Virus record (IMG/VR): IMGVR_UViG_3300025012_000047
Location: 1 to 64,000 of that record
Length of the DNA stretch: 64,000 bases
Direction: 5' to 3' (one strand)
DNA from: a virus
A program made the position numbers and the translations under genes. The notes below the pieces were generated by a model. It was not told where the DNA came from and did not search any database. It saw only the letters and a program-made list of their open reading frames with translations. The number at the start of each line of letters is the position of its first letter. Positions within the stretch are counted from its first letter, which is position 1. Shown here one piece after another: positions 31,560 to 40,774 of this stretch.

Positions 31560-31817
31560 TTGGAAAAAATCACAAAACAAGAAGCACAGTACCTAATCTC
31601 TAAAAACATCATTAAGCAAACACACGGCAACTATGGAGATAATCTAGTAGTAATAGGAAAATTCAGTAGCGGTAGACGTAAGCAACGCTATATTACAGAT
31701 CCATACTATAATTATTTGCTCAGATTAAAGTTAAATGATAAAAATAAACAGACTATTAATGATGTAAAAGATAATCAGAAGTATTTGTTTATGGATGATA
31801 TGGATAGTATCTCATGA
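31560..31817 (+). CDS. Hypothetical protein
   Basis: ORF with AAGGAG RBS. Confidence 0.65.
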   Translation: MEKITKQEAQYLISKNIIKQTHGNYGDNLVVIGKFSSGRRKQRYITDPYYNYLLRLKLNDKNKQTINDVKDNQKYLFMDDMDSIS

Positions 31818-31856
31818 TAAATCACAGTAAAATAAATAGTAGAGGATTGGTTTATA

Positions 31857-33149
31857 TTGCCCGATAAACCATATATAAATTCAAAAGTATTTGTTGATAC
31901 TAACGTCTTGTTAAAACCAAGTTTTCACCCAGATAATTATCTTCAAGTGGCAACAAGTATAACTACAATTGAAGAAATTGATAATCTCAAAACTAAACCT
32001 GATATTGGTTATTATGCTAGAGATGCAACAAAGAAAATTAAAAATGCTACAAATGTAGATGTTGTATTAGATTATGATTTCTCGTTTGAAAATAGATTTC
32101 TGCAAAATAAGAATGATAACTGGATATTAGGTTTTGCTTACCAAGTATGGAAAAATGATAATGAATTTGTATTTCTTACAGATGATTTTTGTTTGTACAT
32201 TAAGGCAAAAGCATTTAATATTCCATGTGATTTGTTTGAGTTTAAGGAAATTGAAGATGATTATTATAAAGGATATAGAGAAGTAATATTATCAGACAAT
32301 GAATTAGCTTTATTCTATGAAAATCCATCTAATTGTTTTGATTTATTAAATAATGAATATCTCATTATAAAAAATGAAGATGGTGAAATAATTGATAAAC
32401 AAAGATGGAATGGAACTGAGTTTTTTGATTTAGTTGATATTACAATTATGCCTAAAATTCCATTCTCTTATAAAAGTAAGAAACCTAAATATGAAAAGTT
32501 TGAAAAACAACCTGATTCTTTTTCTTTTACTGGAAAATTGAAACCTAGAAATTTACAACAAGAAATAGCTTTAGATTTATTTCAGAATAAACTAATTACC
32601 TGTAAGGCAATTTTCGGAAAATATGGTTCAGGCAAAGACCTGATTATGGCTACCAATGCTATTTCTATGGTAAAACAGGGGATTTTTGATAAAATAGTAT
32701 TTGTGAGAAATATGTATGAAGTTTCCAATACAAAATCAATCGGATATCTTAAAGGTTCTGAATTTGAGAAAATGTTGCCATATGTCATGCCCTTAGCAGA
32801 TCATGTTGGAGGAATAGAAGGTTTAATCAAACTAATTGATGAAGGAATAATTGAACTTCAACAATTAGCAACTATTAGAGGAAGAGATTTAAAACGTAGT
32901 CTAGTGTATGTTACAGAAGGTGAAAATCTTACCAAACAACATATACAATTACTTCTTGGTAGACTTGCAGAAGGTTCTGCATTATGGATTAATGGGGATT
33001 TTAAACAAGTTGATGATACTTTATTTGAGAGAAATTCAGGATTAAAGAAAATGATAAATAGTTTAAAAGGCAATGAATTGTTTGGATGTATAGAATTATG
33101 CACCACAGAGAGAAGTAAAACTGCGCAATTAGCAGATTTGTTAGATTAA
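31857..33149 (+). CDS. phoH: PIN-PhoH family protein
   Basis: VDTNVLL (PIN), GKYGSGK, IGYLKG, IRGRDL, EGENLT, GDFKQVD. Confidence 0.9.
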   Translation: MPDKPYINSKVFVDTNVLLKPSFHPDNYLQVATSITTIEEIDNLKTKPDIGYYARDATKKIKNATNVDVVLDYDFSFENRFLQNKNDNWILGFAYQVWKNDNEFVFLTDDFCLYIKAKAFNIPCDLFEFKEIEDDYYKGYREVILSDNELALFYENPSNCFDLLNNEYLIIKNEDGEIIDKQRWNGTEFFDLVDITIMPKIPFSYKSKKPKYEKFEKQPDSFSFTGKLKPRNLQQEIALDLFQNKLITCKAIFGKYGSGKDLIMATNAISMVKQGIFDKIVFVRNMYEVSNTKSIGYLKGSEFEKMLPYVMPLADHVGGIEGLIKLIDEGIIELQQLATIRGRDLKRSLVYVTEGENLTKQHIQLLLGRLAEGSALWINGDFKQVDDTLFERNSGLKKMINSLKGNELFGCIELCTTERSKTAQLADLLD

Positions 33150-33282
33150 TAAATAATAATATCACAGATACTCCTTCAGACTGTTTCTCTGTGTGGAGTT
33201 GGGAATAGTATGTTTCACTATTTTCTCTTTTATATTAATTCAAGGAGGGAAGATTATTTAATGGATTTTGGTTAGCGGAAAT

Positions 33283-33337
33283 TAAACAATACTTAAAATA
33301 TAATATAAACAATACTTAAAATATAATATAAACAATA
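33283..33337. repeat. 23-bp tandem repeat, about 2.4 copies
   Basis: TAAACAATACTTAAAATATAATA x2 plus TAAACAATA. Confidence 0.8.
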
Positions 33338-33404
33338 ATAAAAACACAGGTCTGGCATCAAAGATGTGCAGATACTATTAAAAAAATAAAAGGGGATAAT
33401 AATT

Positions 33405-33683
33405 TTGAATAAAATGGAATTAATTTCGGCAGTAGCAATTAAGGGTGAAATGTCCAAAAAGGCAGCAGAGCAAGCAATTGTAGCAGTATTTGAAGTAATT
33501 GAGGAAACTCTTGCACGAGGAGAAAAAGTATCATTGGTGAATTTCGGAACATTTGAAGTAAAAGATCGAGCACAACGACAAGGAAGAAATCCTAAAACTC
33601 AAGAAGTTATTACTATTCCTGCAACAAAATCTCCAGCATTTAAGGCAGGTAAAGGTTTGAAGGATAAAATCAAGGGAATCTAA
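33405..33683 (+). CDS. hup: HU-family DNA-binding protein (YonN-like)
   Basis: MNKMELI...FGTFEV...GRNPKT...PAFKAGKGLKD. Confidence 0.95.
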   Translation: MNKMELISAVAIKGEMSKKAAEQAIVAVFEVIEETLARGEKVSLVNFGTFEVKDRAQRQGRNPKTQEVITIPATKSPAFKAGKGLKDKIKGI

Positions 33684-33767
33684 AAATAATCAATTTTGTG
33701 CTACTACAGTAAGTCCTTATATTTAATAGATATCTTTAAATAAAGGCAAAAGTAGCACACTCACAAT

Positions 33768-33831
33768 AAAGTCGGAATGGAGACTTTAAACCCATCTCCA
33801 TAAGTCGGGATGAAGACCTAAAACTCATCTT
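33768..33831 (+). ncRNA. Two tandem H-type pseudoknot units (33-nt period)
   Basis: AAGTCGGAATGGAGACTTTAAACCCATCT / AAGTCGGGATGAAGACCTAAAACTCATCT with a compensatory change. Confidence 0.45.
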
Positions 33832-33866
33832 AGTAAAAATAAAATAAAAAGGTGGCAAACAAATAT

Positions 33867-34067
33867 ATGTCAGTAAAAACAGAAAAAGTAGAGAGTGTTA
33901 AATTTAGTGCAAAAGGAATTCTAACAATCGTCAATACAACTGGTTTCTCTATAGAAGATGAGAAAACAGGAGAAGTCGAAATATTGTCTATGGATGACAT
34001 TAAAACATTAATTGGTAAATCTGTAACAATTGCATTTGCAAATAAAGAAAGTATTGAAGAAGATTAG
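33867..34067 (+). CDS. YonK-like protein
   Basis: Size, KG...IE.EK.GE...GKSVTI pattern and position after HU as in SPbeta. Confidence 0.6.
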   Translation: MSVKTEKVESVKFSAKGILTIVNTTGFSIEDEKTGEVEILSMDDIKTLIGKSVTIAFANKESIEED

Positions 34068-34149
34068 TTTCTAATAGATATTAATTTCTTTATAATAAAT
34101 ATTACAGAGTAAGATAAAAAGTGTTATGACTAGAAGGTTTTGATGCCTA

Positions 34150-34387
34150 ATTATATTAATTAATAATAACATAATCCATCTCACTTGACTACTATCTAAC
34201 TTAAAGAAATGGTGGGACATCGTTACCTTTAGGATTGAGAGTCGAGTTTTATAAAAATAGCATAATGGATTTTATGATAAGAGATGGAATTTTGTTTAAT
34301 ATTATTATTAATTTTATGAAGGAATTGTAGAAGATTTATCTTCCTCGAATTATAACTAATTCGGTTTCAAGTGCAATTTCTTCATAA
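34150..34387 (+). ncRNA. Putative structured RNA(s) upstream of the 227-aa gene
   Basis: AATTAATAATAACATAATCCATCTC pairs with GAGATGGAATTTTGTT...TTATTATTAATT; ATGAAGGAATTGTA/TGCAATTTCTTCAT closes a two-hairpin junction. Confidence 0.4.
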
Positions 34388-34440
34388 TAAAAAATAATCT
34401 ATCAAACAAATAAATACAAATTGAAAGAAGGAAATAATAA

Positions 34441-35124
34441 ATGTCTAATTCACAAAACACTAATACATCAATCTCACTAAAGGAATCATTTAGAATCCTA
34501 AATATCCTTGATCAACATACATCTTCTCTTCTATCTTATATTTCAAACAAATCAAATTCATTAAAAGTGGAAGAAATCCATTTAAAGTCAAAGGTAACAG
34601 AAAATCCAGATGAAACAATCGACCAAACTACAGAACGTCAATACAATTGTTCTGTAACTGATATTTCATTTCTAATTTCTCAATTAATAGATGAGAAACT
34701 TGTCTTATCCCTCGCTATAGAAAAAGCTAAAAAGAATCTATTTCTTGATTGGAAAGAAAATGGTGAGAACTTAATAACATTAGATACTGGAATTTTATAT
34801 GCTAAAAAGAGTAGAGAATTATCCAATAGTCTTAAATATTTATTGGATTTAAAACCATCGGAAGCAAAGTCATTTGGGAAAGACTATATTTTCAATATGG
34901 AGAAAAATCAGGTTGAATATAAATATCCAATTGAGAAAAAGACATCTTTAGATTTTGATAGAAATGAGATTAATTCTTTATACAAGCAACTTTTAAATCG
35001 CTCAAATACTTTATCAACTCAGATAGAGGGAGCAATGTTAAAAGAAATCGTAGAGTTTGCACCTATTTATGACATATTATCATCTACATCGGAAATTGTT
35101 GAAGAATATTTATCTAATAATTAA
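34441..35124 (+). CDS. Conserved helical hypothetical protein (possibly related to DIP1984/septicolysin-like proteins)
   Basis: SLKESFR...HLKSK...EKLVLSLAIEKAK...YIFNMEKNQVEY...DFDRNE; family recalled from memory, not searched. Confidence 0.75.
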   Translation: MSNSQNTNTSISLKESFRILNILDQHTSSLLSYISNKSNSLKVEEIHLKSKVTENPDETIDQTTERQYNCSVTDISFLISQLIDEKLVLSLAIEKAKKNLFLDWKENGENLITLDTGILYAKKSRELSNSLKYLLDLKPSEAKSFGKDYIFNMEKNQVEYKYPIEKKTSLDFDRNEINSLYKQLLNRSNTLSTQIEGAMLKEIVEFAPIYDILSSTSEIVEEYLSNN

Positions 35125-35197
35125 TATTTATTTAACAATAATTAACTATGACAATAATAAGGGGATTACCTAACCACAGTCTCCTTATTAAAACAAA

Positions 35198-35622
35198 CTA
35201 ACCAGAAGCAAAGCAAGATATAGACTATTTATCCAAACATCTGAAATTAGATGTTAAATCTTATTTCAAAATTAAAGCTAAAATAATGCAAGATTGTGTA
35301 GATTTACTTTACATAACTGGAAACATGAAGAACAAGCAAGTTTTACTTTGATAGTAAAATAATAAATCGCTAATCATTTTCGTAAAACGTAAAATCATTA
35401 TTCACAAATTCGATATGACATTATTCATTATAAAGCAAATACGATAATCGTTTCGCTAATCACTCTATGAATAAATTTTAGGATTAAATTCTAAAGAACA
35501 AATAATAAAGAAATTATAGTATTTTAAAAATACTCTCTTAGAAATAAGAGGATAGTGATTTTAATAATAAATACAACTCAATTACTCATAAAATAGTCCT
35601 ATTTTGCTTGCTTTTTGGTTAG
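35198..35622 (+). ncRNA. ~425-nt putative structured RNA closed by a 35-bp terminal stem
   Basis: CTAACCAGAAGCAAAGCAAGATATAGACTATTTAT (35198-35232) complements ATAAAATAGTCCTATTTTGCTTGCTTTTTGGTTAG (35588-35622); six internal hairpins including a GAAA tetraloop. Confidence 0.6.
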
Positions 35623-35728
35623 ATATATTTTCAATTAATGGATACATTGAAGAAATACGAAAAGTTATGACTCAATGTTGAAATAGTAGGAGAACTACTA
35701 AAAGTTATTTTCCTGCAAGAATTCAAAT

Positions 35729-36013
35729 AAGGCAACTGCAATAACACATAGTGGTTGCCTTCATACATTACGACAAACAGGGAGCAAATGACCGTCTCCC
35801 TTACATATCAATATGGAAGTAGTTTCGTAAACTGACTTCATCGAGGCACATGGTAAATATCCTCTAATAATACTGATTAGTCCTTTATGGACTTCACGTT
35901 GACTACGTGGTAACTGATTTGGCATTACGCCAGTGGTTTGCTCATTTATCCATTTAAAAAATGAGTATATTATACTAAATAGGTTTTGCCGTATAACCTA
36001 GATAAAAACGGCA
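35729..36013 (+). ncRNA. GC-enriched multi-hairpin region ending in a pseudoknot (putative ncRNA)
   Basis: About eight consecutive stems, e.g. AAGGCAAC/GTTGCCTT, GGGAG/CTCCC, AGTCC/GGACT, CACGT/ACGTG; TAGGTT/AACCTA with TGCCGT/ACGGCA. Confidence 0.4.
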
Positions 36014-36105
36014 TTAACAATCAAAGAAAAACTGTATTTTATTGGAGGAGTCGATATTCTCTTACTGTAGAGTCGATGAAATTTAAAAAGGAGATGGTTA
36101 GATTA

Positions 36106-36789
36106 TTGTTAAATACTAAAAATAACATTGGCATAATTAAAGTTGATGATAATCACAAAAATATTGTTTATGAAATCAAAGATAATGGATGTCATGAAAT
36201 AATAAGTCATGCTTCAAGTGGCAATAGTGGATATTTCAAAATTAAAATCAATGGTAAGGCGTATGATATACATAGATGGTATTATATTAAAATACATCCT
36301 GAAATTGATATGACAAATTTGGATGTCAGACATAAATGTGATAATAGACAATGTATTAATCCAGATCATTTAGAACATGGTACTAGAAAAGAAAATGTTA
36401 ATGATATGTTGATAAGAAATAGACAATATTCCGAGTTGTCTGAACAAGAAGTTTTTGACATTATTAATAAATATAACACAGGAATTTATAATTATGCTGA
36501 TTTATCTAAAATTTATGGAGTAGTAAGTAACACAATCAGACATATTTGTATGGGGAAAACTTGGAAGCATTTAACAGGAATTAAATTGGATGATTATCAA
36601 TCAATACATAATAAATCAGAAAAACAATCTGACGAAAAATATATTTATTGGGATAAGATTAATTATAGATGGAGGGTAGTTATCTTAGTGAATGGAAATA
36701 AAATAAATATAGGACGATTTAAAGATTTGAGAGAAGCAATTACAGAAAGAGATAAAGGTTTGCTTAGATATAACAATATCATATTATAA
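36106..36789 (+). CDS. HNH homing endonuclease with HTH and AP2-like domain
   Basis: VRHKCDNRQCINPDHLEHGTRKENVND; YIYWDK...WRV...IGRFKD; RBS favours TTG 36106. Confidence 0.85.
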   Translation: MLNTKNNIGIIKVDDNHKNIVYEIKDNGCHEIISHASSGNSGYFKIKINGKAYDIHRWYYIKIHPEIDMTNLDVRHKCDNRQCINPDHLEHGTRKENVNDMLIRNRQYSELSEQEVFDIINKYNTGIYNYADLSKIYGVVSNTIRHICMGKTWKHLTGIKLDDYQSIHNKSEKQSDEKYIYWDKINYRWRVVILVNGNKINIGRFKDLREAITERDKGLLRYNNIIL

Positions 36790-36824
36790 TTTATTCTCTA
36801 CAAGGAGGATTAAACAATAATAAA

Positions 36825-36965
36825 ATGAAAGAAACTAATATTATAGATTCAATTAATGAAGATACATTATGCCCTGTATGCTTCAAAAATAGGTTCTGGT
36901 TAAAGTTTTATTGTGGTAAGACAATATTATGGTGTGCTGATTGTGGTTATTTTATAATAATTTGA
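36825..36965 (+). CDS. 46-aa zinc-finger protein
   Basis: Not in track; CPVC...CADC. Confidence 0.45.
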   Translation: MKETNIIDSINEDTLCPVCFKNRFWLKFYCGKTILWCADCGYFIII

Positions 36966-37014
36966 TTTACAATATATAAATAATATTTTATAAATAACTA
37001 TGAGGAGGAATATA

Positions 37015-37767
37015 ATGCTAGAAATAAATCAAGTATATAATTCTGATTGCATTAAAGAAAATGGCATGTGTTTGATAGATGATAAGAGTATTGACTTAAT
37101 CCTCTGTGACCTACCATATGGAACAACTGCAAGAAATAAATGGGATCATATTATTCCTCCTGATAAATTGTGGGAGCAATATGAGAGAATAATTAAAGAT
37201 AATGGAGCAATAGCTCTAACAGCACAAACTCCATTTGATAAGGTGTTAGGTGTTAGTAATTTAAAATTACTCAGATATGAATGGATTTGGGAAAAAACAT
37301 CTGCAACAGGACATCTTAATGCTAAGAAAATGCCAATGAAAGCTCATGAAAATATTTTAGTATTCTATAAGAAACTTCCTACATATAATCCACAGAAGAC
37401 ATTTGGGCATGAAAGAAAAGTAAGTAAAGCAGAACATAAAGTTAATTGTGTAATGACATCAAATTATAATGAACATGGATTGACTACTTATGATAGTACA
37501 GAGAGATATCCTAGAAGTGTTTTGCTGTTTCCAACTGATAAGCAAAAAGAGGCAATTCACCCGACACAAAAACCTATAGCATTATTTGAATATCTAATAA
37601 AAACTTATACAAATGAAAATGATTTAGTATTAGATAATTGCATGGGGTCATTTACAACTGCTGTAGCATGTGAAAATATTAATAGAAATTACATAGGGTT
37701 TGAGAATGACGAAAAGTATTATGAGTTAGGAATGAAGAGGTTAGAGGAATTACATAAATTAAACTAA
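37015..37767 (+). CDS. N4-C/N6-A DNA methyltransferase (beta class)
   Basis: ILCDLPYG, HPTQKP, VLDNCMGS. Confidence 0.9.
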   Translation: MLEINQVYNSDCIKENGMCLIDDKSIDLILCDLPYGTTARNKWDHIIPPDKLWEQYERIIKDNGAIALTAQTPFDKVLGVSNLKLLRYEWIWEKTSATGHLNAKKMPMKAHENILVFYKKLPTYNPQKTFGHERKVSKAEHKVNCVMTSNYNEHGLTTYDSTERYPRSVLLFPTDKQKEAIHPTQKPIALFEYLIKTYTNENDLVLDNCMGSFTTAVACENINRNYIGFENDEKYYELGMKRLEELHKLN

Positions 37768-37845
37768 TAAATAATTATTTGCATTATTATACTAAGTATG
37801 ATATTATTAGGTAAATAAATAATATGATTAAAGGAGTTGATAATT

Positions 37846-38049
37846 ATGCCTGAAGAAAATATGAAATATATTTATAACGTAGATCAAGCCAATTACTATA
37901 TTTCTGAAGGTTGTAGAGTTCTAGGTACTGGTAGACACCATCAAACAAAGAATGTATTTTTTATGTTTAATCATAATGATACACAAATCGCATATGAAAA
38001 ATGGTGTAAAAAATGTCAAGAATATAAATTGCAAAAGGTTTGTAAATAA
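37846..38049 (+). CDS. Small DUF5659-like protein
   Basis: YIYNVDQANYYISEG...TGRHHQT..FFMF; paralogue of 62357. Confidence 0.65.
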   Translation: MPEENMKYIYNVDQANYYISEGCRVLGTGRHHQTKNVFFMFNHNDTQIAYEKWCKKCQEYKLQKVCK

Positions 38050-38149
38050 ATATTACAATAATTAAATAAGAATTCAAGCAAACACTTGGTTAAGTTAAAC
38101 TAAGTGTTTATTTTGTTGTGCCAATATAGGATTAAGGATGGTAAAATAT

Positions 38150-39613
38150 ATGAAAAAGAAACTAAGAGTAAGTGATGTTGTAACAGGAGAACAAATAAAA
38201 ATATGGGACTTAGGGGACATTATAACAATAAAAGCAGGTACAGGTGTAGGGAAAAGTTGGTTAATCAAGAACACGCTTTATAATATTGCAAAAGCTGAAA
38301 ACAAGAAAATATTAATGCTTTTACATAGAAGTAATTGCACAGAACAATTTATTAACGAAATATCAAGAGATAATAAATCAGATGTAATAGATATAAAAAC
38401 ATATCAAAAATTAGAATACAAAGAACTGAAGCAATATTTCAATGATTTAAGTGAATACAAATACATTGTCTGTGATGAATTTCATTATTTTATGAGTGAC
38501 GCATCTTTTTCAAAAACAACAGATATGTCATTTGATTTGATATTAAGCCAATCATCAGCAATAAAGATATTTATGAGTGCTACTGGTGATCAAATGAAAA
38601 GATTTATCAATGAAAACAAGGGAATAGAAACAATAGATTATGAATTACCAATTGACTTTGATTTCATTGAGGATTTATTTTTCTTCCATAATGATGAGAC
38701 ATTTGATATGTTTATGGACGAAATAATTACAAGAAACGAGAAAGCAATATTATTTATTCAGTCTGCAAAGAAAGCATACGAATTAGTTAAGAAATATAAA
38801 GATTATTGTTTATTTAATTGTAGCAAACATAATAGTGATTATTATAAATATGTGGATAAAACAAAAATTAAGGAAATGTTAAAGAGTGAAAAATTTGAGG
38901 AATTAATACTTATTACAACGACATGTATGGATGCAGGGGTTAACTTGGTTGATAAGGAAATACTACATGTCATATGTGAGGTAGAGGATACAGGAGTTTT
39001 AATTCAGTGCATGGGTAGAAAACGGATACAAGATGAAGATGATAAAATTCATTTGTATATTAAAGTCATTAGCAATAATTCTTTAGGAGGAAAAGAAACT
39101 CAATTAAAGAAAAAGATACATATGGCTAATTTTCTGAAAGAACATACAGTTAAAGAATTTATAGAAGAATTTCCAAGACAATATGATTATTCTAATATGG
39201 TTTATGACAATGTTGTATCAGAAAATAATAAAGGGACAAAGAAAATAAATGAGTTAATGTTTTTCAAATGCGAAGAGGATTTATCTGAAATATTAACTAT
39301 AAAAGGATATGGAAAATATGGTTATTGTAAATATATTCAATCTATATTTGGAGTTGAATTTTACAATATGATTGAAGAACAAAGTGCAATTGACGAGTTA
39401 GAGAAATATTTAGAAAGTATTATAGGGAAAAAATTATACAAAGAAGAACAAAAAGAATTAATTGAGAAAATTGATTTAAAAGTGAACAGAAGACTACAAA
39501 AAAGTTATGATAAATTAAATGATGGGTTAAAAATGATTGAATTAAATTATATAATATTACCAAAGAAAAGTAATAATAAGAGATATTGGATTGTTGAAAA
39601 AATAGATTTATAA
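38150..39613 (+). CDS. SF2 helicase-like protein (origin-binding/Rep-type)
   Basis: AGTGVGKS, DEFH, MSAT, DAGVN, QCMGRKR. Confidence 0.8.
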   Translation: MKKKLRVSDVVTGEQIKIWDLGDIITIKAGTGVGKSWLIKNTLYNIAKAENKKILMLLHRSNCTEQFINEISRDNKSDVIDIKTYQKLEYKELKQYFNDLSEYKYIVCDEFHYFMSDASFSKTTDMSFDLILSQSSAIKIFMSATGDQMKRFINENKGIETIDYELPIDFDFIEDLFFFHNDETFDMFMDEIITRNEKAILFIQSAKKAYELVKKYKDYCLFNCSKHNSDYYKYVDKTKIKEMLKSEKFEELILITTTCMDAGVNLVDKEILHVICEVEDTGVLIQCMGRKRIQDEDDKIHLYIKVISNNSLGGKETQLKKKIHMANFLKEHTVKEFIEEFPRQYDYSNMVYDNVVSENNKGTKKINELMFFKCEEDLSEILTIKGYGKYGYCKYIQSIFGVEFYNMIEEQSAIDELEKYLESIIGKKLYKEEQKELIEKIDLKVNRRLQKSYDKLNDGLKMIELNYIILPKKSNNKRYWIVEKIDL

Positions 39614-39615
39614 TA

Positions 39616-39830
39616 TTTTAGGGACAAAATTGTTGCAACCCTTCTTTAAGAGGCTTGCACCATAATTGTCCCTAAAATAAAAAATAAATTAAATAATGTC
39701 TTCCCGACTAGGGACAAATTTAAAAATGATAAATTATAATAGAACGAAACGAAGTAAGGTCTTGTAACGCTTTGTCGCGTTACGCTTGCATAATTTCTAG
39801 CTATCGCGTCGAAATTCTGGAAATATTCTT
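39616..39830. repeat. Large inverted repeat and GC-rich hairpins downstream of the helicase (origin-like)
   Basis: TTTTAGGGACAA...TTGTCCCTAAAA, a third TAGGGACAAA copy, GTAACGC/GCGTTAC. Confidence 0.55.
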
Positions 39831-39892
39831 TAATCTAATTTTTCTTTTTGTATGTAATAAAAATAAATATATAGGGTGGTATTAATAACACA

Positions 39893-40774
39893 TTGGATAG
39901 TAAATTGATTGACATCTGTTACCAGAAATATAATAAGAAAATATCTGATTCATGGGATTATTTGGCAAAAACTTGGAATTATACCAGTGGAGAAGCTTTA
40001 AGGAGCAAATTCAAGAAATATCGCAAAGCAAATGGAATATTAAAAGCAAAAGATATTATTAATAGTGTAATTATTGGTAATGGTGATAGAGAATTAATTA
40101 CTCCTGCTCCTGCTCCTATTAATAATTATAAAGAATCTGTAGAAATTAAAAGTGATAACTCTCAAATTTCTGATAAATTATTAGAAATGAGTCTTGCAGA
40201 ATCTAAAGATGTTGATTTTGTTTTAAAATCACATGGTTATGATTGTAACTTATTCGAGTTGGTAAGTGCTAAGAACAGTATGTGGAATATGAATACTAAG
40301 GCAGATGGGATAAAGACTCTTTATGCTAGTAAAATTGCTGTAAAGCCTAAAACAGAATATCAATGGAATGAAGCAGATGCAAAAAAGATTTTTACTAAAT
40401 TAAAAACATATACAAGAAATAAATCTAGTATTAAACCATTGTAATATAAACAAAATGGAAAATTACTTATTATTCCTATTTGCGACTTCCGCTTAAATCT
40501 ATTATCAGACAAATTATCAACAGGAAATGAATATAATATGCAAATTGCAGAAGATATATTCTTTCAGGTAATTAATGATGTAATTGATAGAGTTGAAGAA
40601 AAAACTTTTGAGAAGATTTTATTTGTAGTTGGAAACGATTTTATTACGGCAGATAACACAAATGGAACCACAACTCGTTTCACACCACAAGAAACAGCGG
40701 AATCATGGTTTAAAGCAGTCCATAAGGCTACAGAATTAATTAATGGAGTTCATCTAATAAAAAATGGTATGTAA
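39893..40774 (+). pseudogene. YonJ-like metallophosphoesterase, decayed (in-frame TAA, motif changes, 3' truncation)
   Basis: KPL*YKQNGKLLIIPICDFR (DxH altered)...VGNDF...TTTRFTPQ, then truncated. Confidence 0.7.

Noticed and set aside
35980-36013. preQ1 riboswitch
   Set aside because: Similar pseudoknot topology, but the loop and 3' A-tract consensus do not fit and no queuosine genes are downstream
33150-36020. Possible tRNA or tmRNA cluster
   Set aside because: No cloverleaf with a TTCGA T-loop and acceptor stem could be built by eye; tRNAscan-SE/ARAGORN would be decisive
35729-36789. Group I intron carrying the HNH gene
   Set aside because: No interrupted host gene and no recognisable P7 core seen
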